IMG/VR virus record: IMGVR_UViG_3300025835_000036
Location: 1-25,953 of that record
Source: a virus
Lineage: Duplodnaviria; Caudoviricetes
Strand: one strand, 5' to 3'
DNA: 25,953 nt
Shown here piece by piece: positions 8,095-15,853 of this stretch. Numbering within the stretch: position 1 is the stretch's first letter; each line of letters begins with the position of its first letter. Below the pieces are notes generated by a model. The model made no database searches. It was not told the DNA's origin and was given only the letters and a program-made list of their open reading frames with translations. Made by a program: the position numbers and the translations under genes.

Positions 8095-8241
8095 TGACTT
8101 TTAAGTAAAATATTATATATTTGTAATAGAAGCTCGGGAGAACTTATGAAACCAAAATCAGCCCTTTTAAATTGCAGCCAATTTGAGCATCCTTGCTCTG
8201 CCTGGGCTTCTCTGCATTTATCTGGGCTGAATTATTTTGAG
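8095..8241 (+). promoter_or_regulatory. promoter plus structured 5' leader, copy 2
   Basis: TTGACT..TATATTTG. Helices 8128-8138/8201-8211, CAGCCC/GGGCTG and TGCAG/CTGCA. uORF 8146-8247. Confidence 0.55.
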
Positions 8242-8250
8242 GATTAAATA

Positions 8251-8946
8251 ATGGCTATCTATCGGCAAATCCAAACAACCTACTGGCAGGATAAATTTAT
8301 TTTAACACTAACGCCTGAAGAAAAGTTCTTTTATATCTATTTGCTTACAAACAGTAAAACTAAACAATGCGGAATTTATGAACTTCCAATAAAAATAATT
8401 GAAGTAGAAACCGGCTATAATCGGGAGACGGTTCTTAAATTATTAAACAGATTTATAGACCATAAAAAAATAATGTATGATTGGGAAAACGAAGAAATTG
8501 CTTTAAAAAACTGGTTGAAACATAATAATTATGAAAATAATCCTAAAATACAGAAATGTGTGGAAAAAGAGCTAACAAATGTTAAAAACGAAACATTTTT
8601 TGAGTTTATGGGTTTTCCAGATACCCCTTGTATAGGGTATCACAATAAAAACAAAAATAATAATAATAATAAAAATAAAGAAAATAATAATCATATAGAT
8701 ATACATAAACTCTGGATAAGCACATTCGGAAGAAATCCTAAACTACCAGAAGTAGAGGTGACTGAAGATTTAATAACTAAATTTGGGTACAATAAAGTTT
8801 ACCAAATATTTAAACAAGCTACGCTGGATGGATTTAATAAAATAAAAACTTTAGTTAATTCCTTAGATGAACAAGGAAATATTAAGCCAAAACCAAAAAT
8901 AGAATGGAACAAAAACACTGGGGTGGAAACAATTGACCACATCTAA
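8251..8946 (+). CDS. phage replication initiator (replisome organiser / DnaD-like)
   Basis: MAIYRQIQTTYWQD...LTPEEKFFYIYLLTN...CGIY winged-helix N-terminus, N/K-rich linker, directly upstream of DnaB. Confidence 0.8.
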   Translation: MAIYRQIQTTYWQDKFILTLTPEEKFFYIYLLTNSKTKQCGIYELPIKIIEVETGYNRETVLKLLNRFIDHKKIMYDWENEEIALKNWLKHNNYENNPKIQKCVEKELTNVKNETFFEFMGFPDTPCIGYHNKNKNNNNNKNKENNNHIDIHKLWISTFGRNPKLPEVEVTEDLITKFGYNKVYQIFKQATLDGFNKIKTLVNSLDEQGNIKPKPKIEWNKNTGVETIDHI

Positions 8947-10246
8947 ACTAAACAGCCCGGAGATTGAAACAGAAATATTAGGAATCATTTTATCTAATTC
9001 AAAGTCAATCGAAACAGCAATAGGGTTATTAAACCCGGATTGTTTTTATAGCCTATGTAATAAAACAATTTATCAGGCTATGTTACATCTTTATTCCGAA
9101 AACAAACCGATTGATGTTGTCAATCTTTATGAATACGGAAATAAGTCCAGGCTTAAAAATATACTTGCGATAAGCAGTCTGATATCTTCACCACTTATTA
9201 TGGAAAATCGGTGCAAGATTTTGGTAGAACTTTGGATGAAAAGGCAAATAATAAAATCTTTAAATGAGGCATTAAAAAACGCTAAAGACGAAGACCCTTT
9301 TGAATTATTAAATTCAATGAGCGATACTATTTATAGAATTGAAAATCATTTACAGAGTTTATCAGAAGAAAAAACGATGTATAACGATTTAGATAAAGTT
9401 TTTTCTGATATAATTAAAAAAATGAGAAACAAAGAGCCTGAAGGTTTAATGAGCAAAACATTTCCTTCATTGAACAACGCAACTGGTGGTATAATGCCTA
9501 CAGATTATGTTATAATCTATGGAGCGTACAAGGCTGGCAAATCAACAGTTGCTGAACAGATAATGTTAGATGTTGCGTTAAACACTAAGGCTGTAGGACT
9601 GTTTAGTTTAGAGATGAGCAAAACAGCATTATATCACAAAGCTCTTTCAATGCGTACCGGGATTGATTATATGAAACTTAGAAATCCAAAACACTTTGGA
9701 TTAAGCGATGAAGAACTAAAATCATTTGCAGAAAAGACAAGAGAAGTTTTCAGTAAAACAAAAATTTACATTGCAGATAAAATATTTGATATAGACCAAA
9801 TTATAGCAAAGATGAAATTATGGAAACGCAAATATAAAATTGAACTGTTTGTAGTTGATTACATTGGTCTTTTGGAATCCTCAAGAAATTATGAAAAGAG
9901 ATATTTGGCAATAGGTGACTTTTCACGGAAAATGAAAAACACAGCTAAAATGCTTGAAGTGCCGATTATAGCGGTTTCGCAAGCTAATGACGATAACAAA
10001 ACAGCCGAGAGTAAGAACCCGGCACGAGATGCTGATTTTGTAATTTCGGTTATAAAACCATTTGGAACGCCATTAAAAAACATCAAGAAAAAAAATGGCA
10101 GTCTTTTCACTTTTGATGAGTCGCATTTTTTAATAACATTAGAAAATTCACGGCACGGATTAAACCGACAAAATTTTGTTGCAGGATTTGTAAACAATAA
10201 TTTTGTTGAGTTGGATTTAGAAGGTGTTGATGGATGTTTTATTTAA
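8933..10246 (+). CDS. dnaB: replicative DNA helicase, DnaB family
   Basis: N-terminal DnaB domain (E..ILG...F...KPIDVV), GAYKAGKS, FSLEMS, VVDYIGLL, VSQAN and ARDAD motifs. TTG start is uncertain. Confidence 0.9.
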   Translation: MTTSKLNSPEIETEILGIILSNSKSIETAIGLLNPDCFYSLCNKTIYQAMLHLYSENKPIDVVNLYEYGNKSRLKNILAISSLISSPLIMENRCKILVELWMKRQIIKSLNEALKNAKDEDPFELLNSMSDTIYRIENHLQSLSEEKTMYNDLDKVFSDIIKKMRNKEPEGLMSKTFPSLNNATGGIMPTDYVIIYGAYKAGKSTVAEQIMLDVALNTKAVGLFSLEMSKTALYHKALSMRTGIDYMKLRNPKHFGLSDEELKSFAEKTREVFSKTKIYIADKIFDIDQIIAKMKLWKRKYKIELFVVDYIGLLESSRNYEKRYLAIGDFSRKMKNTAKMLEVPIIAVSQANDDNKTAESKNPARDADFVISVIKPFGTPLKNIKKKNGSLFTFDESHFLITLENSRHGLNRQNFVAGFVNNNFVELDLEGVDGCFI

Positions 10247-10266
10247 ATGAAAAAAGGAGAAAAAAA

Positions 10267-10371
10267 ATGAAAAAACAAGAAAAGAAATACGGTGTACGCT
10301 ATTACCCGTGCCCGCAAATACTTGAACCACAAAAATTTATCCCCCCTCAAGACCTGGAGGAAATTGATTGA
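10267..10371 (+). CDS. small hypothetical protein (34 aa)
   Basis: AGGAG RBS; MKKQEKKYGVRYYPCPQILEPQKFIPPQDLEEID*. Confidence 0.35.
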   Translation: MKKQEKKYGVRYYPCPQILEPQKFIPPQDLEEID

Positions 10372-10417
10372 TGAAATTAGAAAAATTAAAAAAAATATTA
10401 AAAATATGGCAATTTAT

Positions 10418-11257
10418 ATGAGTGAAAAGGAAATAAAGGTAGGGCGTTTTCTTTTTAATCAAATTTATCTTGGTGATAGTTTGGATATTATAAAAGATAT
10501 CCCGACCGCTTCGATTGATTTGATTTTAGAAGATATGCCCCTACCACTGAAGCATACAACAGCGTGCGAATGGGATGTTAAAATTGATTTACAACTTTAT
10601 TGGGAAACGAGACTTAGAATTTTGAAGCCAGCGGGCGTAGTTATTTTAACAGGTAGCCAGCCATTTACAAGTAAATTAGTGATGAGTAATTATAAGATGT
10701 TCTATAAGATGTTTAAGTATGAATTGATTTGGGAAAAGAATTATAGGGGTGGATTTATTTTAGCAAAAAAGCAACCAATGAAATATCACGAAAATATTTT
10801 AATTTTTACGGCTGGCGGAAACACTTACAACCTCCAGTTTGAGGATTATGCGGAAACAACAAAAGTAAGATTTAAGAATGACGGCAAGATCAATAGTAAA
10901 AAAATGCAAGATGTAAATTATAATAATGAAATACAGGGAATAAAAAGAGTGGCTGCCGAGGTTAATTTAGGAAGGGGAGCATACCCCAAAAGCATACAAA
11001 GGTTTAAGGGTGTGCCGAATTGTAATGGATTGCGTAAACATCCAACCCAAAAGCCCGTTGGCTTGTTTGAATATCTTATCCGCACATACACAAATGAAGG
11101 AGATTTAGTGTTTGATGGTTTTGGAGGATCGGGTACAACCGCTATTGCTGCATACAAAAGTAAACGAAATTTTATAGTAATAGAAAAAGAAAAGAAATAT
11201 TTTGATTTAGCTGTGAAACGGTTGGACATCGAACGGGCACAGCACACGATATTTTAA
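10418..11257 (+). CDS. beta-class N6/N4 DNA methyltransferase with a disrupted catalytic motif (possibly inactive)
   Basis: HPTQKPV, YTNEGDLVFDGFGGSGTT and TTACEWD are typical. Motif IV reads DMPLPLKH instead of D(L/P/M)PY. Start chosen at MSEKE; 10406 is also possible. Confidence 0.8.
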   Translation: MSEKEIKVGRFLFNQIYLGDSLDIIKDIPTASIDLILEDMPLPLKHTTACEWDVKIDLQLYWETRLRILKPAGVVILTGSQPFTSKLVMSNYKMFYKMFKYELIWEKNYRGGFILAKKQPMKYHENILIFTAGGNTYNLQFEDYAETTKVRFKNDGKINSKKMQDVNYNNEIQGIKRVAAEVNLGRGAYPKSIQRFKGVPNCNGLRKHPTQKPVGLFEYLIRTYTNEGDLVFDGFGGSGTTAIAAYKSKRNFIVIEKEKKYFDLAVKRLDIERAQHTIF

Positions 11258-11266
11258 TGAGGCATA

Positions 11267-11485
11267 ATGAAAAAAATGGAAACTACAACAAGAATGCATA
11301 TAGAACTTTATCAACAAATGAGAATTGCTCAACATTTTGATTTTGATACTGGATTTGAACTACTAAAAGAATTGTTTGCAATGCGAAAAAAAGTAGCCGT
11401 AGAAATGGATAAAAACTATACAGAAGAATTAAAACAATATTTCCATTATATCAATAATAAAATTGGGTTGTTTTTAGGCGTATAA
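11267..11485 (+). CDS. hypothetical protein
   Basis: 72-aa ORF in the operon with a GAGG RBS. Confidence 0.6.
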   Translation: MKKMETTTRMHIELYQQMRIAQHFDFDTGFELLKELFAMRKKVAVEMDKNYTEELKQYFHYINNKIGLFLGV

Positions 11486-11511
11486 CCACTAATTAAATAG
11501 GAGGAAATAAA

Positions 11512-11883
11512 ATGAAAAGACCTATACGAAGTAACTACAAATACTGGACGGGAACAAACCGGTTTAATGAGATACAGTATGCTAATGATTTGGAAAAATA
11601 TATTTCTGAATTGGAAACAAGGCTGAGCAAGGATGATAAGCTATTAACTGAGAAGTATGAGCCTTACTTTGGCTGGTGCGATGTTAGTGGTTGTAAAAAT
11701 GAAGGCGCAAGCGGTGGATGTTATTGGAAGGAAACAGGCTACTGGAAGATATGCAGTACACACGGTCAAATGGCGATGGAAGGGAAACCACAGCCGGAAA
11801 TGAAACTGAGGGCTGTTAAACGAGAAAATAGCAGAAATAAAGTAACCGGGTATTTACCATTAAAACGCCGATGGAAATTTTAA
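11512..11883 (+). CDS. hypothetical protein with a C-x4-C...C-x2-H putative Zn site
   Basis: 123 aa, AGGAGG RBS; WCDVSGC...ICSTH. Confidence 0.7.
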   Translation: MKRPIRSNYKYWTGTNRFNEIQYANDLEKYISELETRLSKDDKLLTEKYEPYFGWCDVSGCKNEGASGGCYWKETGYWKICSTHGQMAMEGKPQPEMKLRAVKRENSRNKVTGYLPLKRRWKF

Positions 11884-11916
11884 CTAAATATGATGATTTT
11901 TTAAGGAGGATTAAAA

Positions 11917-12330
11917 ATGCAAATTAAATTAGACGCCGCTGACATTGAGTTTTCAAAATACATTAGACTTAGAGATAAAAGGTGTTTGAGATGTGGCTCA
12001 CAAGTTAAAATCAATCCCAGAGGTCTCCCGATTTCTCATCAAGCATCCCATTATTTCGGTAGGGGAAAAGAATCTACAAGATTTGATCCAGAAAATGTAG
12101 ATTGTTTATGTTATGGTTGTCATCAATATTGGGGGTCTGTTGATAGAGAGTCATATAGGGAATTTAAAATAAAACATCTTGGCCAGAACAAATTTAAGCT
12201 CTTAACTCTTAGAGCGAATCAAACGGTGAAAAAAGACCGTAAATTGTCTTTAATAAAAGCAAGTGAGTTGTTAAAAACAGTTCGGCTAAAAACTGCAAAG
12301 TTTACGGTTAATAAAAATATATCTTATTAA
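11917..12330 (+). CDS. ninG: NinG/Rap-family HNH recombination endonuclease
   Basis: FSKYIRLRD..CLRCG, ASHYFGRG..STRFDPENV..LC..CH. Confidence 0.85.
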   Translation: MQIKLDAADIEFSKYIRLRDKRCLRCGSQVKINPRGLPISHQASHYFGRGKESTRFDPENVDCLCYGCHQYWGSVDRESYREFKIKHLGQNKFKLLTLRANQTVKKDRKLSLIKASELLKTVRLKTAKFTVNKNISY

Positions 12331-12347
12331 AATTAAAGAGGTGCAAA

Positions 12348-12563
12348 ATGTCAAAAATTCAAAATGTAATTGACCATTTAAAAAGGTACGGTAAAATAAA
12401 CGGCAAACAAATAGTTTATGATTACCACCTAAACTACCCATCTTGTGTGATTAGGGACATAAGAGAGAGAAAAAACCTTAAAATCAAATCAGTTCCTGTA
12501 GCAGGGACTAAGTTTGTTGATTATTGTTTAATCCGAAATACAGAACTTAATGTGAAATTTTAG
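12348..12563 (+). CDS. small winged-HTH protein
   Basis: QNVIDHLKRYGKI......Y......IRDIR pattern common to small phage HTH proteins; GAGGTG RBS. Confidence 0.6.
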   Translation: MSKIQNVIDHLKRYGKINGKQIVYDYHLNYPSCVIRDIRERKNLKIKSVPVAGTKFVDYCLIRNTELNVKF

Positions 12564-12683
12564 AATAGAGACGATAAGGTGCTAAGAAATTGTGTAAACC
12601 AGAATTTAGGGTTGCACGTTTTGAATTGTGCTATCGGCGCAATACCTGTGGGAACATTATTTGAAAACAAAAGAGGAAGATAA
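12564..12683 (+). pseudogene. probable C-terminal remnant of a C5 DNA methyltransferase
   Basis: Reading frame without a clear start, NRDDKVLRNCVNQNLGLHVLNCAIG...TLF; LRNCV..LG.H.L resembles C5-MTase motif X. Confidence 0.45.
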
Positions 12684-12693
12684 AATATGGACT

Positions 12694-13341
12694 TCAGCCT
12701 GTTTTGCTGATGAGGAATAAACTTATAAATTTAGTGTAAGTTTTTTTCTCCGCAAAAACCCACCCCGTATAAAATTCTGGCAAATTATAGCTCTTCTCAG
12801 AGCTATCAAACCAGCCATATTCCCCAAGCATTTCTTGGCTTGTTTGGTAAAAGAATTCGGGATATTCTTTTATCGAAACCCTTTTAACCTTTTTTGCATT
12901 TGCTTGCAAAAATTTGAGTTTTCTTTCTTCTAAATTTTTCTTTTCTTCTTCAGCATTTTTAGAAGCTGTTTTTGAAAGGTTTAATTTTTCAAGGTAATCA
13001 TTCCAATTAGAAGCAACATCACAAATTTCCTTGGCGTTCAAAAAATAAGTTTTCTTCATTCCACCGCCGTAGGATTTTGGCAGTAATCCGGCGTGATGCC
13101 ATTCCATATTTGGGGTTGCATATTTTATCACCTCCCGGACTGTATCAACATCCAGTCCGGTTGCTTTTTTGAAAAGCTGCGTCGCTTTACCAAGCGTTAG
13201 CTTTCCTTCGTCATCACAAGCATCCTCGTGACGGTTGCTTGCAAACTTCCCCTCATTTAACCCTCCCCCGATGTTGAAATTATCGCACCATTCTATTTTG
13301 TGATAATTTTCATAAATTTTTTTTAATTTTTCTAATTTCAT
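12694..13341 (-). CDS. hypothetical phage protein with an EWHH motif (215 aa)
   Basis: Start trimmed to MKLEKLKK (13341) to avoid overlap with the upstream gene; ASNRH...G and MEWHHAG...KKTYF segments. Confidence 0.7.
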   Translation of the reverse strand: MKLEKLKKIYENYHKIEWCDNFNIGGGLNEGKFASNRHEDACDDEGKLTLGKATQLFKKATGLDVDTVREVIKYATPNMEWHHAGLLPKSYGGGMKKTYFLNAKEICDVASNWNDYLEKLNLSKTASKNAEEEKKNLEERKLKFLQANAKKVKRVSIKEYPEFFYQTSQEMLGEYGWFDSSEKSYNLPEFYTGWVFAEKKTYTKFISLFLISKTG

Positions 13342-13360
13342 TTTTTTTAGTTTAAAATAA

Positions 13361-13383
13361 ATAAGGCAGCATAGCTGCCTTAT
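13361..13383. terminator. perfect intergenic hairpin (terminator, processing or stability element)
   Basis: ATAAGGCAGC-ATA-GCTGCCTTAT, 10-bp stem, followed on the minus strand by TTATTTT. Confidence 0.5.
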
Positions 13384-13384
13384 A

Positions 13385-13732
13385 TCACCTCCATTGCACA
13401 AATTTGAATGTGGAGGTTTTAACTCCATCTTTTTCCTCAACCACTCTTTCGGTGGTTGGGAAAATTGGTTCACGGCCTGCGTTTGACAGGCGTGAAATTA
13501 CAGAACAAGTCAAAGAGTACTCTCCTTGAATTGTTACTGTATGCTCGGGAAAATCCTGAGCAATCTGGCAGATCAAGTCATCTGCCAAATCTATTACTGC
13601 ATCTTTTGATAAAGATGCAGTAATGTCTGGGAACGGAATGTAATCAATTACATCCCATCCCTGTTTCTGATCATCACTCCACTTATCTGGAGGATGATTT
13701 GAAATTACTAAAAGCTTTTCTATTTTTTTCAT
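13385..13732 (-). CDS. Csx20/Unk01-like CRISPR-associated ring-nuclease homologue (115 aa)
   Basis: SNHPPDKWSDDQ, IPFPDI, TIQGEYSLT, PTTERVVEEKDGVKTSTFKFVQWR match the family pattern SNHP..W...Q / FP.I / .GE / TTER...E..G.K.S.F.F..(F/W)R. AAGGAG RBS at 13738-13743. Confidence 0.75.
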   Translation of the reverse strand: MKKIEKLLVISNHPPDKWSDDQKQGWDVIDYIPFPDITASLSKDAVIDLADDLICQIAQDFPEHTVTIQGEYSLTCSVISRLSNAGREPIFPTTERVVEEKDGVKTSTFKFVQWR

Positions 13733-13745
13733 TTTAACTCCTTTT

Positions 13746-13913
13746 TTATTTAATTTCTTTGTAGGTAACTTTGTTAAAATTACCATTTCTATAACTATAT
13801 TCTTTTTCCCCCTCCAAATCAATGGTTTTTATAATTTTTATGAGCTCCCCTTTTCTGTAAACGCCGAAATTTTCTAAGGCGATTACTTTATATTTTTTTT
13901 CTTGTTTTTTCAT
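13746..13913 (-). CDS. small basic hypothetical protein (55 aa)
   Basis: Manual translation MKKQEKKYKVIALENFGVYRKGELIKIIKTIDLEGKKEYSYRNGNFNKVTYKEIK*. Fills the gap between the promoter and the Csx20-like gene. Confidence 0.55.
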   Translation of the reverse strand: MKKQEKKYKVIALENFGVYRKGELIKIIKTIDLEGEKEYSYRNGNFNKVTYKEIK

Positions 13914-13957
13914 TTTAGAACTTCTTTTTTCATTTTCTATTTAATTTCTTTAAACAC

Positions 13958-13986
13958 AATATAACACAAAACAACACAAATGTCAA
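13958..13986 (-). promoter_or_regulatory. strong sigma70-type promoter of the leftward insert
   Basis: TTGACA-17 nt-TATATT on the minus strand, with an A/T-rich upstream region. Confidence 0.75.
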
Positions 13987-14395
13987 GTAAAATCGGTATG
14001 AAAATAAAAAATATTTTGAAAGCGATTTAAGCGAGGATAATATAATTATACTCAATGTGTAAGGTGGTTATGGGTTAGAATTTAAGCTAAATTCACAACA
14101 TTTGAGCAAAAATAGCTTAAAAACGCACTTTTTTGGATGATATAATATATGGGCCGCCTCGAGATCGTGGCTTGTAGTGCATATACGCAAGCCGTATATA
14201 GCTTGTTTTATTAAAATTTTTGTCTTAAAAAGGAAGGCGAGGCAAAAAGTCAATGTTCGGTAGATATTACCGAGAATTATTTGTATCTTAATTTGTATTT
14301 TAATTAAAATTTAATATTTTTGTAAAAAGTAGAATAAGATTCTGCGTTGTTAGTTGTGGTTTGATTTAAAAGATGGAATTAAGAAATTTAATTAA

Positions 14396-14542
14396 ATGAT
14401 AATGAATCAAGGCTCAAAAAATATGATTGCCGATCAGAAACCTGTACGCCTAAAAGTGAGGCAAACAAAAGAAGAAATAAAAAACAAAAAAAGAATATCA
14501 GAAACAATAAAGAAATTTCTGAACAGAAAATTGTATGATTAA
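14396..14542 (+). CDS. small basic hypothetical protein (48 aa)
   Basis: Manual ORF MIMNQGSKNMIADQKPVRLKV...KLYD* overlapping the ParB-N start. Confidence 0.35.
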   Translation: MIMNQGSKNMIADQKPVRLKVRQTKEEIKNKKRISETIKKFLNRKLYD

Positions 14543-15134
14543 TTGGAAACTTAAAAAAATAGCGGTTTCCGATTTAAAAGAGAATTCTAAAAACCCAAGA
14601 AATTTAACAGTTAAAGGTTTAGACGATCTTGAGAAATCTATATCTAAATTTGGAGTTGCCGAACCACTTGTTGTTAATACTGATTTAATAATTTGTGGAG
14701 GACACGGACGCAAAAAAATTTTAGAGAGATTAAATATAAAAGAGGTTGATTGTTATTTTCCTTCAAAGAAGCTTACAAAGAAAGAGTTTGATGAACTAAA
14801 CATAAGATTAAATAAAAATATTGCAGGAAGTTTCAATTTTGATATTCTTGCAAATGAATTTGAACTGCCGGATTTGTTAGAATGGGGATTTGAAAAATTT
14901 GAGTTAGGTATGATTGATGAGATAGGATTTCCCGAATTAAGAGACGGAGACAAAGAACCATTTCAACAAATGACATTCACGCTTGCTGATAAACAGGCCG
15001 AAATAGTTCAGGAAAGCCTAAGGGACGCAAGGGCAAAAGAAGATTTTAATTATTGTGAGACTTATCAGAATGAAAACAGCAACGGTAATGCTTTATATTT
15101 TATAGTGAGCCAATGGTTGACGTTAAGCAAATAA
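14535..15134 (+). CDS. ParB/Srx N-terminal-domain protein
   Basis: LKENSKNPR, SISKFGVAEPLVVN...IICGGHGR, NIRLNKN.AG.F. Such genes commonly precede phage DNA-modification genes and TerS. Confidence 0.85.
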   Translation: MINWKLKKIAVSDLKENSKNPRNLTVKGLDDLEKSISKFGVAEPLVVNTDLIICGGHGRKKILERLNIKEVDCYFPSKKLTKKEFDELNIRLNKNIAGSFNFDILANEFELPDLLEWGFEKFELGMIDEIGFPELRDGDKEPFQQMTFTLADKQAEIVQESLRDARAKEDFNYCETYQNENSNGNALYFIVSQWLTLSK

Positions 15135-15853
15135 TATTGAAGCCGATAGCATCGAAACCGGCAAACGATTTTATTAAAAAACATCATTACTCTGGTAAGG
15201 TTGTTAATAATTCCGTTTTACATTTCGGTTGTTTCTTAGATAATAGGTTGCACGGAGTTTTAAGTTTCGGAAGCAGTCTAGATAAAAGGAAAGTGATAGG
15301 GCTAGTCAAAGGCACAAAGTGGAATGAATTTCTTGAGCTAAACAGAATGGCGTTCGATGAAATATTACCTAAAAATTCGGAATCAAGATGTATTGCTATT
15401 GCTATAATGTTAATTAGAAGAAACTATCCACACATAAAATGGATTATCAGCTTTGCAGATGGGGTTCAATGCGGGGATGGGACAATTTATAGAGCAAGTG
15501 GATTTCGCTTGACTGGAATAAACACAAGTGCGGAATTATTACGGATGCCCGGTGGCGAGGTAAGGCATATGATAGCAATGCACACGGACAAAAAACTTGT
15601 TTTTGAGATGAGTGGTAAAATGGCAAGCATAAAAGAACTTGCAAAACATCTAAATGGAGAAGTTATGAGTGGTAGTCAATTAAGATATGTTTATCTAATA
15701 GATAAGTCTTGCAAAATCACAGTCCCAATATTACCGTTCAGTAAAATCGATGAAATGGGTGCGGGGATGTATAAGGGACAAAAGAGACAAATTAAATGCG
15801 GTAATGTTGTAAAAGAGCATATCTCACCTACCAGTGAGAAGGTGGCAGTGTGA
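15113..15853 (+). CDS. Mom-family (GNAT-fold) adenine hypermodification enzyme
   Basis: KHHYSG, LELNRM...PKNSESR.I, IISFAD..Q..DGTIYRASGF are the Mom-like signature. Confidence 0.8.
   Translation: MVDVKQIILKPIASKPANDFIKKHHYSGKVVNNSVLHFGCFLDNRLHGVLSFGSSLDKRKVIGLVKGTKWNEFLELNRMAFDEILPKNSESRCIAIAIMLIRRNYPHIKWIISFADGVQCGDGTIYRASGFRLTGINTSAELLRMPGGEVRHMIAMHTDKKLVFEMSGKMASIKELAKHLNGEVMSGSQLRYVYLIDKSCKITVPILPFSKIDEMGAGMYKGQKRQIKCGNVVKEHISPTSEKVAV

Noticed and set aside
11479-11890. Further attC-like cassettes (ORFs ending TAAC at 11486 and 11884)
   Set aside because: I could not find paired arms or complementary GTTA cores; TAAC alone is common.
12348-12683. TAG readthrough or stop-codon recoding (open frame continues after the TAG at 12561)
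   Set aside because: Other genes are full length in the standard code and several end normally at TAG; a deletion remnant is simpler.
10292-13822. Long N-terminal extensions given by the ORF track (starts 10292, 13473, 13822; also 1745 and 22786)
   Set aside because: They overlap neighbouring genes; downstream ATGs fit the gene packing better and in most cases have an RBS.
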